A stretch of 64,000 nucleotides of DNA from Phoronis australis (Eukaryota; Animalia; Phoronida), in the NCBI GenBank assembly GCA_002633005.1, contig NMRA01000338.1:161575-225574 (forward strand), in the 5' to 3' direction. The notes below the pieces were generated by a model. That model ran no database searches. It worked only from the letters and a program-made list of their open reading frames with translations, and was not told the origin of the DNA. Positions 36,360 through 49,200 of this stretch are shown in pieces (within the stretch, counting starts at the first letter, position 1; each line of letters opens with the position of its first letter). Both the position numbers and the translations under genes were made by a program.

Positions 36360-36735
36360 TTAAATAAGGCGATTTTGCGTGAACACCACCTGATGAGTTC
36401 AAATTGATGAAACCCAAGCTGGCATAGGCAGCGCAGCCGAGGACCGACGGCAGGAGGCGGGCCGAGGAATATGAAATTAGCCAGGAAAATCAGCTTTAGG
36501 TTTAGCACGTGCTCGTCCCAGTGATACGGCTTCTATTACTTTTTTCCCTTTACCCCGCGCATTACGTTTACGCTCGTGGAATTCCTTTCGATCACTGACA
36601 GTGGCACGAGAACAATGTACCGTTTAAACGGTACAATTTACTGCGGCCGAGAAACCTTGCCCTTTGCAGATGACGTACTTCTGAAACCTACAAAAAATTA
36701 AGACTCATTTTTAAAACCGACAACAGTTGATAAAC

Positions 36736-36909
36736 CAGTGGCAGATTTAGGGGTGGGGAGCAAGGGGGCCATGCCCTCCGCCCTAAAATTCACCCAGACT
36801 GATTCCACTTTTGGCTCAGTGTTCGGGGATGCGAATGTCTGACGGGTAAAATCCTGACTAACTCTGCCCAGCCCCGCTCCCCCAACTCAAGACTCTGGAT
36901 CCGCCCCTG
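36736..36909 (+). mobile_element. hAT-like MITE with 5-bp TSD
   Basis: TIRs cagtggcagatt / gatccgcccctg; taaac is duplicated on both flanks. Confidence 0.8.
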
Positions 36910-37873
36910 TAAACGGTACGTTTCTCGGGACTTCGATGAATTTTCCAATAGGCCACTTCTCAAACCAACAACAATGGCCAAAACAGTGCATTTTTCGAAA
37001 TTCGCAGCGGCCAGCCAGGCATGTGCCACAGTCCAGTGGACTGCGTGGCGACTGAGGCTACCACGCGAGCTTGCCACACCGGCGCTTGTGTCAATTTAGG
37101 GATGTATTCTTGCCGAGGTAAATAAACAATGCATTTGTTGTGAGTATGTTTTGAGGACACGCTGTAGAACTGTCCGGTTGTCATCAATATGTTTAAGGCA
37201 AAAAGCCTGTTGTACTCATTTATGTTGGGGGCTCGGATAATAGAGCTTTTTCCAAATTCATCTTCTTGTATCGTAGATTAGCTTCCAATGGACAAACCTT
37301 CAACTTCGCTTTGCGTAGTTACATAACACTGTAAATCAGAAACAAATAAAACCGTTGTTTGTCAAAACAATATGTAATAAGCAATTTCCGAAAGCACTGA
37401 TGCTCGCAGATTCCTGATGGGTTATCGAGAACATGAGAGACGGGACATCTCACGAGGTATGGTGGTTCCTCCCTGAAAATTGTCTAATTTATTTGCGTTG
37501 AATCAACGTGTAGATTGATTCATTACAGAGACATGTTTAAACGGTTTATGAGCTAATGATAACTCCAAAAATGCCAAAATCGTCAAATGTAGTAGTCACT
37601 AAGTTCTTAAAATTATATTACCTTTCAATGGCGGTTTATCCAATACCATTATTTTTCGTTGTTTAGTCCGAATTCCTTGACATTGCTGCACTTTGCACGA
37701 ATTTGTTGTTTTTGTTTTTGGTGAATTTGCAACCCTGGCGTAAAGTGAATTACGACGATTGCGTGATCTCAGTGTTAAGGTTATGGAGTACCCTGGGCAA
37801 CTAAGGCTAGATTTGGCTAACTTTGGAACGTCATAGTTCAAAAAATGACTGATTGGATTCAAATGAAACTTTC

Positions 37874-37964
37874 AGATAGTATGCGTATGTTTAGATAATA
37901 TGCGTATGTTTAGATAATATGCGTATGTTTAGATAATATGCGTATGTTTAGATAATATGCGTAT
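37874..37964. repeat. 19-bp minisatellite x about 4.7
   Basis: (agataatatgcgtatgttt)n. Confidence 0.95.
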
Positions 37965-38559
37965 ACTTTATGCACTACTACCAAACAGTTTTAGGAATTG
38001 CTTTCAAAATGTTCCACTTTTGCATTAGAGAATAATATATACTACTTTTATGAGTTTTTTAAAAAAGATTAAAATTTACACGCAAAGAAAACGAAGTGAT
38101 ATTTTAGAAAACTGTAACAATGTTTTTGCGATTTCTATCTTGGCATATTATATAAAACTTATGAATGTACCTTTCTGTTTTACTGAATTTTACTAAAAAG
38201 GCATAACATGAGACCCAATTAGGCTAGTGATTGTAGTTACGGTCTCTTAGTTTATTAGACTGAGGGAGTTTGATATAGAATCAAAAATCAACGAGTTGAA
38301 TTCTGTAGTTTTGTAAGTATTTGGCTAAAAGCACAGACTTGTTGATAAAGTCTTATATATCCGCTTGTAATATTTCCGCTCGTCGTTTTACGCTCTTCAG
38401 TTCATGGGCGAGTGATACAAGCAGCGGACCTGACTAGCGTAGTTTATGGATGTAATTTTGCGGGCCAGGTTCGACATGACCTGCAAACTTATGCTTATAT
38501 AATCTCTCATTGAACATAACTATTACGATCGTAAAACAACGGTGTGAAAAACTGAACCT

Positions 38560-38730
38560 CCCCCACTGAGCAACTATAAATTTGCGCCAAGGTAGGCGTG
38601 GCCTGAAGTACTTGTTCTGCACTTGCAATCTGCATCGATTGTTGTTTCGTGTTTACGCGGAAGATGGCGCTAAGTATTTTGTAGGCATGCGCATCAAAAT
38701 ACAAAATGGGCGCCAGATTTGGTTGTAAGT
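38560..38730 (+). promoter_or_regulatory. Possible STIL promoter / 5' UTR start
   Basis: CpG-richer patch with YY1-like AAGATGGCG (about 38661) and E2F-like TTTGCGCC and GGGCGCCA, upstream of the first coding exon. Confidence 0.3.
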
Positions 38731-39225
38731 TTTTGTTGTCAATAATCTATGGTTTCTGCTTTATCTGTTTCGTTAAATTTGACAGGTATTTGACGAATGT
38801 GCAAATAAATTTTGATGATAATGTCATTTGTAAAGAGTTATCTCGATATCAGAAATATATAGAATATCCAAGTACATTTACTGCACATGATGTGTCGTCT
38901 ACGGAACTCGTCAGATCCGACGGCGACTGATCGAAGCGGAAGCCGTTGTTACTCACGTCACGGTTAATAGGTTTCACTGGTAAAAAAGTTTCCTTGTACG
39001 CAGGAGTTCCCTAAGGTACATCTTTTTAGGGGAATGGGTCATGTTCATAGGCGATTAACCTTTGACCTCACTGTACTGTTGGTACTGCTTGCATTTTCAA
39101 TTTTCTTGAGTGACCTTAGTCCTTAGGCAGAGTACTTTGGATAGAGACGATGGTCACTGTCTATAAACTGGCCAGATAATCTGGGTGAGAGCTGGTCTGC
39201 TGGGTCGAGTTCAATAACTCTAGTG

Positions 39226-39327
39226 CATGGGCGGCACAGCCCTGAAAAAGTGCGTGTGGGTAAGGGGGGGTGGGGGTCGAAGGCTATTGACCCCCAGACC
39301 CCATTCCCCTATGGTGCGCTGCTCATG
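39226..39327. mobile_element. Short hAT-like MITE with 5-bp TSD
   Basis: TIRs catgggcggcac / gcgctgctcatg; tagtg is duplicated; a related copy lies near 17429-17498. Confidence 0.7.
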
Positions 39328-39339
39328 TAGTGTCTCATT

Positions 39340-39840
39340 AGAAAAATAAGATCTTGCAAGACACAAAATCTGTTTGTTGAAAATGTTTTACAAATATCAA
39401 AAGTCGGTGATCATCAACTCTGATGTTGCCCCTATCGCAGATCCTACTGTCTCAGGCATCTGTACCAGAAGGTCATCCAACTATAGCATTCCAATAAATA
39501 GGAAAGATTACAGGAAAAAGACATCCTTTGCTAGAACAGTTTCGGACTGGAATAGCTGTCTGGGCTGCATTACATCAGCCCCTTCTCTTGATATCTTTGT
39601 CAGCAAGCTATCTGCCTTTCTGAAGTAACATAGTGGGGTGCCTCCATTTGGAGCACCCGCTTACTGACTGCCTTATGTGGAAACAATCTAGCTATGTTAA
39701 CTGACCTCTGAAGTGACGTCAACTATGTATAACTATCCTTTTAAATCTGTTAGTTGTTCTCGTTTTTGTTGATCTTCATTGTTATACAGTGACATAATGC
39801 TCTGAAGAGAGTGTGGTCACTTAAACCAAGAAGAAGAAGA
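39340..39840 (+). mobile_element. 5'-truncated LINE 3' end
   Basis: ORF tail LKMFYK..TSFARTVSDWNS resembles the SFFPRT..DWN.L motif, followed by a 3' UTR and an (AAG)n tail. Confidence 0.8.
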
Positions 39841-40298
39841 TTCCTAGAGATGTCGCTGTTAGACAGTTTTTGAGCTCAACTCTATGTGTTTAACTTGTAT
39901 TTGAATGCATTACTAATTTGATGCAAAACGAATCATTGCAATAAATGATATCGTCAAATACTGGCTTACTCAAATGAAAATTCTTCACATACTCTCGAAT
40001 AAAGAGAAAAGTTAGGCCATTTTGCTGTCCACGTGAGACTGGGTATGAGAGTAATCAAGTGCACACATGAATGTATGAAGGGATTATGTTAGTTTCTCAA
40101 TGATTTATAGAACAAAGTAACGTTCAACACTTTGGACACCATGTAGCTGTTGCTTGTATTTATTGGATTCTTACGATAATGTAGTTTCATGTTGTGTCAT
40201 TCTCAGAACTGCTTGCTTTGTTGTTCACTTTGGATGAGTGTTCGGTCAAACTTTAAGAAATAGTTTTTGTTTATTTCAGGTTGAAAAGTTCTTTGGTG

Positions 40299-43200
40299 AT
40301 GGATATGAATGTTTGTGCTAGTCATTGGGCACTCAAGGGGTGTGTATTAAGAAATGTTACTTACAATATGCAAACAATATTTCAATATGTGTTCCAAGCT
40401 TATCACTGACTTGTAATTTGGTTTAAGACCACTTTAAGCTACGTTCTGGTGTTGAAAACACTACATATGTATTATACTTGCACTTCCAAAGTATTGTCAT
40501 CGTGTTTTTTCGTTGATAAATTGCCTGGAGTTCCCTTTAAGTTGATGGCCATGCTGCCACGGCAACTCCGAATATTCCTGTAATATAAGCCTGTTTGTAA
40601 GAACAATCCGTGAGTTGTCAAGCCATGAAATCATTTTTAATTTAAGTACACAACAAGATTGATTTGATAACAGGTCATGTTTAAAGTGGCCTAAATTAAA
40701 ATTGTTTTTGGAAAAGGCATGAGTTTATTACCCCATCAAAATCATCAGGGCACCACTGACAATAACTTCAATTTTTGAAGACTGAGTGACCAACTGAGTC
40801 AACCGTGCACACAATTCAAAGCTTGGCATAACATCAACTTGAAAATGCAGCTTAGCTCGCCAAAATAAGGAAACCTGGTGTGCGGGCATGCCAAAGTCCT
40901 GGCCCCAACACACAATTCATAAATGGCAACATATGAAAATGGAAAAAATGGGATGAAATTAGCTGAATTATGCTGAATTGATCTCTATGGTGTGCTTGGT
41001 ATGTTCAACCAATTCCCTTTCGGTCCCAACATCCTGTGTGTGTGTGTTCACCTCCTACTTAAGTGAAGTTGTCTGCAAAAGTCATCCAGTTTTTGCTGTC
41101 TGTTTACTTCTTGTAGTATTTTGAGCACTTGTTGGGTTTTGTGCATGGCGACTTCATGGGGACTTGGGATTTTTACCAGGTCTCCTAACAAAATCTGAGG
41201 TTGTATTGGTGACCTGTAGGATGCCAATTGACATGTAGACCTGGCGACGTTATCCAATAGTTACATACATTTGTTTACCCTATTACTGCCCATTAACGTG
41301 TGTGCGGAACTGCACTTGTATGTGAAACTTAGGTGCATGCGCCGATATGCAAACGACTTGGATGAAAAAAGGCCATGAAAAAGGCATTATTTCAGATATA
41401 AGCCTATAGACCTAAAGGTGCGGTAATACGGTAATGTAGAACTGTTTACCAAACTGCCTCATAATTTGCCTAGGAACTCCAAAGATACAGAGCCAAATGG
41501 AAAAAAAATGCCATTAGGAGGTAGTCAAGACAGGTGCGCCCATGTGCGAATTAATGTATGGCCCGTGCACGGGACAGTACCTGGGCTTGTATGCAAAACT
41601 TAGGCGCGTGTGCGAACAACTTTGGTAAAAAAGGCCGCGAAAAAGGGCATTTTTTCTGATATAGGCCGCTGGGCCTAAAGGCGCTGCAATACAGTATAAT
41701 TTAAAACTAAACAAATTGGCTGAATGCATGACAGTGTTTGATTCCAGAAAGTCCACTTTCAGTTACACTACCAAGGATCCTACTAGTACTGTTAAATTTC
41801 CTGCCACAAAAGTTGCACTATGGGACCACAAGCCCACAGGCCCTGCAGCCCACCTGGGATTGACGTACTATAGGTATGTATGGGATAAGTTTGCTTTGTC
41901 CCTTATGGACTTAACATAGCCATGTAGGTAGATTCTTTTCACCTGTATTGGGACGATGCTTTCCATTCCAGAATATTACACATGTGTGACAAGAGTCGAT
42001 GGTTCAGTTATACTGTATAACCTAATCCCATGTGCGGTTCCATGATCAATATTAAGACAAGTCAATTTAAGTTTTTATCACTCGCATATAATCCTGGTCT
42101 TAGCTTATCTCCAACAAAGTTGCGTAGTGTGGTTAATCTCGTTCATGTTCTTCGCCCTTTATATAAGTGGCAGTTACTTAGAATTGCTCACTGCGATTGG
42201 ATCTGCCTTCTGGAATTTACTGTATTTCCTAAATAAATTTGATACGGTGGGATTGTCAAACTTTTTGTTATATTATACTGGACATTAGTTTCGTGTCCAT
42301 TATGGTAACGATGAGATGTAAGCCTAATTATGTGATTCTTTGTTTCAGGGATGTCCGTGTGAACCTCTCCAAGAAGGCTCTGTCGCTTGCCTTACGTTAT
42401 GCCCGAGATAATGAACACAGTACCTATTATTGCTTACTAGGTGGCACTGTCTGCATAGATCCAGGTTAGAGTTGTTCAACAAAAGCTGTAGCGGATTTGT
42501 GTATTTTGTAAACAGAACATTGGGACACGTCATCTGACTGTCCTGTGACAGTCTTACGCCAGTTCTACAATACTCTCAGCCGCCTGCATGCAGAACTTCT
42601 CAAAACAAGTTGTATAGTACTTCATTTTAGAAACTGTCGAAACTGTGAAGCAAAAAATTCATTTCATTTTCAATTGATCTTGTCTTTTTTCTATGTTTGC
42701 GCTATTTTTTCAGCATGGCCGTTAAATTTTTTAACTTCCGTACATATATGACTGCAGTTTAACACCCAATCTGTCAGTGATTTAGTTGTAATGCAGCTGA
42801 AAGATTAAGCTTCACATCACAATGGTCCATATATTTTAGAAAAATATCAGTGATTATGTGTTTGTCTTGTTCTAATGTTGTGCTTGTTAACCAGATGATG
42901 AAGGTGTGTCTGCAACAATTGACCGATTTGACCCAGGGGTCAACAACAGCCATTCATTCACACCCCAACCCTCTGTCAGCATTTCAGGTGGCATTGAAGT
43001 CCCCTTTCAGGTATGCATTATGATGTCCTTGACTATGTTAAGAACTTTTTTGTCCCTTGAAGCAGAAAGCAACAGGTGGTAGTGTAGTTTAAATATTTTA
43101 CTCAAATCTTCTGACTTACCGGTTTGCACTGGTCTAAATGAGTCACACTTGACATGGAACATGACAAAAACTGTCTGCAAAAATGAAAAACACCGTGGAT

Positions 43201-46200
43201 TCCGAAATGAAAAATGTGGCAGAATGAACTCATGTTTTGATGACAACCTCAATAAAAATGTCATTTTGTGAGTAAGATCACGAGTTCATGCTTTCAATAT
43301 GTCTGGCAACAAACATTGGCAAGAATGATTACTTTTTGTGGGAATAGCAACTCAAATAGTTGGAAAACACACAGGAAGGGAAACACAGTATGAGCAGAAA
43401 CTGTGTTAACGTAATAGGTTACATTTGTCACCAAAGATAGATTCTGAATTACTTGTCAACTAAAATACATATTAATAGTAGATCGATAAAACTATATTTT
43501 TACAATTCTTGATGATGACAGAATCTTATGCGTACGACAGCTTTGTACAGGTGTTTGTATGTACAAAATCATTTAAATCGCCTCGTTTTCCACAGAAACA
43601 TTTTTTGCATGGAATTTTCCATTTCTGTTTCTTTATATTTCTATTAGCTACAAAAAGAGTGTCCGGGATTTTCTTTTAAGGCATTTAGATTGCTGTCAGA
43701 AATCAAGACTTCCATTTTTTTCAAGTAATGTTTTCATTTTTGACTGTGAACTTCATGTGCTAAAGACTTTAAAATAATAGCTAATAGAATAAAGAAACAG
43801 AATTTGTAAGTTTTGTGTTTGTAGAAATCACAATGAACTCTGAAAAATCAAGGTTTTTATGGGTCCATATATTTATATGTGGGTGCATATTGCCGTCATC
43901 TCTGTCAGGGCGTCTGGCGACCGCGGCTGTATCTCCTAAACCCCTTGCAGGATCTTATTGAAATTCGGCGGGTGTGTTCCTGTGGGGTTGACGACAGAGG
44001 ACGACTAGTTTCGGATCGACCTGAATACCACTGGGCCTCCTAGTGGCAATTTTAGTTTTTTCCATTTGCCTCTGTATCTTCAAAGATCCTCAATCGATTT
44101 TCATGAAATTTAGCACATAGGCATCTATTAATGAGGTGACGCTATCCTTACGTTTTCGGTTGGATTCGAGGTATTTTGCGCCATCTAGTGGCCATTTTTT
44201 AGTATTTTTGAGCCCATTTTTTGGCGTCCGCCCCTCTGTCAACCAAACCATTCTAAGGATGGTTACGAAAATTGGCATGTATGTTCTTACTATGAAGAGG
44301 ACGGTCGACGATGATTTTCCGACGACTTTGACTACTGTGGCGCCTCCTAGTGGCAGTTTTGTTTGTTTCTGTGCCCATAGCTGTACCTCCTAAAGGCTCT
44401 ACGAGATCTTTATTAAATGCAGCAAATGTGTTTATAAGAAGTTGACAATGGACAACGACAAGTTTTGGACGGACCCGAATACCACTGTGCCCCCTATTGG
44501 CAATTTTAGTTTTTTACGTCTGCCTCTGTATCATCAAAGGTCCTCAACTGATTTTCATGAAATTTGGCAAATAGGCATCTATTAGTGAGATGACGGTATC
44601 CTTCCATTTTCGGATGGATTTGATGTAGTTTGCACCATCTAGTGGTCATTTTTGCTGTTTTCGAGCCTGTTTTTTGGCATCCACCCCTCTATCAACCAAA
44701 TCATTCTAAGGATATTTTTGAAAATTGGCGTTTATGTTCTCTGTGTGAAGAGGATGGTTGACAACGACTTTGACTACAGTGTGGCTTCTGCAATGGTAGT
44801 TTTGTTTTGTTTTGCGCCCATAGCTGTAACTCCTAAACCCACTGCTGGGTCTTTATTATATTTAGCAAGTGTATTTATATGAAGCTAACAACAGACAACA
44901 ACGACTTTCAGGCGGATCCAATGAATACTGTGCCCCCTAGTGGCAGTTTTCATTTTATTCTGTGTTTCTTTGTTTCTCTGAAGTTCCGTGACAGATTTAT
45001 ATGAAATTTGGTGAATAGCTTTCTATTAAAGAAACTGACATGTTCCCATTTTTGGATGGATTGTACGTTTTTGCGCCATCTAGTGGTCATTTTTATGACC
45101 AATAAACAATCCTAAAAGCACCCGTGCATTTGTGGGCGCATTTCAACAAAATGCAGTCTGATATGAACATCTGAGAAATATATAAGATTCTGTGATCATA
45201 GAGGACTTTTATGTGCCTCAGCTATGTTTGTTGGTACATTATGCCATTTTTCCACCACTCAATATGACTTATACCGTCCACTGCTGTATCTCCAAACCCC
45301 CTTGATGCATGTTTGTGAAATTTTGCACACCTGTTCCTATCAAGGATGGGACTGTAGGACGGAATTTTCAAACAGATTTGACTACCACTTTGCTCCCTAG
45401 TGGGAACTTTATTACTCTAATATGATGGATTTTCATGAAATTTGTCAAATAGGTTTCTTTTATGGAGATTTTGACTCTTTACCATTTCTAGATGGATTCT
45501 AAATAACCTGTGCCCATAGTGGGGGTTTTTATGATTTTTGTGTCTGTTTTCAGCATCCGCCTGGAATGAGGAAATAGTAAGCTGTAGGGCTGTTATGTTT
45601 CATATAGTGGTTAATCTTGAATAAGTTTAGTACGGCAAATTTTTTCTGCAGGATTTGTGATGTTTTATTGCTTCATGGTGTACTGTTCTTAGGTCAAGCA
45701 GAGTCCGGAGGCTGGCAGTACTGACTGGGAGACCTCTGTAAAGGTATTGTCAATTAAAACTACATTATTCTTAAGCACAACTTTGACTGGGTAATACATT
45801 TTAATTTTATGGAAAGTGGTGTCGCTGAAGCCAAACATATGATGGATCCAATGTCTAAAATGGTGCAAGATGTTTCTAATGTTTTAGTTTTTGAAAACAA
45901 TTGAAACCGGTTATAAATTTAAACTGGTAACTGTTGTCACAAATTCAAACTATTGACTGTGGTTGCAGTCAAACAGTAGGTGTTTAAAGGCTCCAATGCC
46001 CAATAATTGGTAGATAATTGTTCCTCACAGTTGAGTATATAAACAATGGAAGCTGATCACATGTAACTGTATACTCCTGCCACCTGACTGGACTAAGAGG
46101 TACTTTTTCATCATAGCCAGTGGCTTAGGGGAACATTTTGAAAAGACCCTCTACACATTGTACGTGATCAGACATGATTCGTTTGAAACAAAAAAGTTAA

Positions 46201-49200
46201 ATTGCATCCTCGTCCTCTAGAGGTCACTAGTATCACGCCCCACAAGATTTGTTGTCGCATTGCTACTTGAAAGTCTCCCATTGCAACATACATCATTAAT
46301 GATAAGTTACAACTAACTTTGTTGGCCAACATTTCTTGTTTTATTAATATGCTTTGTTGTAATGCTGTGTATGTCATCTATTTATGCAGGCCCTTCGTCA
46401 TCGTTGTTTGAGCAAGGAGAGATTGGAATGTGGTCACTTCCTCATGCTCAGGGGAGCCTGTCATTGCAGGACATCGTCTGCTGGCTGTGAAGTCAAGATG
46501 GAACTCAACATGATCACAATGACAACTGGTTTCCGAGCGACACCTGTGAAGGCAGTTCCCATACTGACCACAGCTTTGTCAAAGAACCTTTCTGGACCTA
46601 ACAGCATGAGTCATCTTCAGGGTGAACCAAAAACGGGGTATATGAACTTATTTACCAATAGTAATACATAAATTCAATTGCGAATTCCTTCTTGAGTGCC
46701 TGGTGGCGGAGTATTAGGCTGAATTTTTGATTTTGCCCCCCGAATAATCACGCGATTTGCGAGAATTTTATTGCAGAGCGGCAGTTGCCTGCCACGGAAA
46801 CTTTTGATTTTTTCCTTGAAAGGAAGCTAACACCCTAATGCAGTTCCCCTATACCAAATCTATTGCTGCCACCTGTTTTTGAGCAGATTATAATTGAATG
46901 GCGTAACATTACCCTTTTGTTTCATAGTTTGTCATAGGCACAAAACCACTACAATTGTAGTTCCTGCTAAAGTTTTGGAACCAATTGGTTTGCACCAAGA
47001 TGATAACACACAATCTCCCATTGGTAAGAAGTAAGGATGGGAGTAGTCTGCTGTCACCAGCGCAGTGACAAATTTTGTTAGCCAAATTCGGCATCTACCC
47101 GCTCACTTGGCAGGCACATGGGTGGCTGGTTAATATCCTACCTGGTGTCTTGGTATTCAAAAAAGATTTTAGGAAATACTAGAAGTTAGCACAAGTAGGA
47201 TCTTGTGGCGTATACTCCTATTCATTTGTTAAAAGTTAGGTGGTGACCTGTCTTAGGTGGTGACCTGTCTTAGGTGGTGACCTGTCTTAGGAGGTGACCT
47301 GTCTTAGGTGGTGACCTGTCTTAGGTGGTGACCTGTCTTAGGTGGTGACCTGTCTTAGGTGGTGACCTGTCTTAGGTGGTGACCTGTCTTAGGTGGTGAC
47401 CTGTCTTAGGTGGTGACCTGTCTTAGGTGGTGACCTGTCTTAGGTGGTGACCTGTCTTAGGTGGTGACCTGTCTTAGGTGGTGACCTGTCTTAGGTGGTG
47501 ACCTGTCTTAGGTGGTGACCTGTCTTAGGTGGTGACCTGTCTTAGGTGGTGACCTGTCTTAGGTGGTGACCTGTCTTAGGTGGTGACCTGTCTTAGGTGG
47601 TGACCTGTCTTAGGTGGTGACCTGTCTTAGGTGGTGACCTGTCTTAGGTGGTGACCTGTCTTAGGTGGTGACCTGTCTTAGGTGGTGACCTGCCTTGCAT
47701 TTTTGTGTTATTATGTGGAATAAAATTGGATGGTTATTGGAAAAATAAAGTCATACTAAGAGACAAAAACAAAAGTCAGGCTCTGATAAATGTGGTGTGG
47801 CCGTGTGCATTGTAAGAGTATCTGAAGTGAAGGTTGTGCCCATATGCAAAGCACTTGACCAGAATTTTGGTTCTAATAGATCACATTTGGGATATTGGTA
47901 CCTTGGCCTTTAATACCTGTATGTATGTGATGTTTGTCATTTCCTGGTTGTGATACTGCGTGTGACTTTCATTCCTTGTTCATACAGATACCTGTCTATG
48001 GACCAGACACGTAAGCTGATCCACATGTTAGAGTCGGACCCCAAATCTTCCACAATGCCATTGGTTGGCATGTAAGTACCATGTTCTGTTTGTTTTTGCC
48101 TTACCATTAATTATGATCATTGGTAAATTGTTCACTCTAAAAAGACTTTCACTTAATATATGTTGCGTGTCTCTCACACAATGAAAGGCAATACCGGAAA
48201 TTTCCAAAAATATGCCCATAAACGGATATTTATAAAACGACCTTTCAAAAACTTTATGTCGAATGAAACCGAATATACGCCCGGGTCTACTTTCGGAAGA
48301 GGTGGCTCATTTTTGGAAATTATTTGTAATAAGCATGTTTTTAATGTACGCAGATATATGTCATTAGTAAGAATTTTCTTCGTCCATAGTTATTTCGCAC
48401 ATTCAGCAAACACACAGCGTTAAAACTGTCCTTTATACTGTGCTAATACGGTTGGTGACCAGCAATGTCATCCAATATCTCATTAAGTGACAGTCGATTG
48501 AATGAAACTCCAAATATATTATATCTTGACAAAAAAATTTATTTTAGAAAATACCCCCATGGGCGTACTTTTGGATGGGCTTATTTTTGGAAATTTTCAG
48601 TTTGTACTCATTTTGTATATCACGTCCTCATGAGAGACACATGCTTATCTCTTGTCCTTTTCTTCTCAGATGGGTCAGTGGTGTGACTCGAGTATATAGT
48701 CCCTTTGTCTGGGCCGCTTGTCTCCGGTATATCAACAACTCTAGTATCAAGGAAAGGTAACGTACTCGAAGCTAAAGTATTCAGATGATCATCAGACATA
48801 TTTTAAAAGTTCAACACTACTTTGTCAACTATCTGACAGGGACAGTTACTTGTGCATAGATTTGTTTGACCAGCAGTGAGTGGTGAGCTTGTAAAATATT
48901 GACTTCACCTTCACTAAACTTTCAAGCCATCTTTATGCCTTCTTGCTTGACCTTTTAAAGGACGGTGATCATCAAACTTGCATTTTCAGTATAGTGTCAA
49001 TATACGTAAATAAAACAAAAATGGATCACTGAAGTTTTCGGATGTAATAACATCCTTCGTCAACAGAAACGGAAATAAAGTAACATCAAACACTAACATC
49101 TGATATATGGCGTAATGAGCATGATACATATATCAGATGTCAATTGTCATATAGTGTTTGATTAATTGACCGATTGTTCAAGAGATCATAAAATTTCCAT

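Noticed and set aside
36385-36430. Hammerhead ribozyme core CTGATGAG..GAAAC
   Set aside because: Stem II is weak, and no stem I/III partner or GUH cleavage triplet can be formed.
47236-47694. CRISPR array
   Set aside because: Head-to-tail units without spacers, eukaryotic context, no cas genes.
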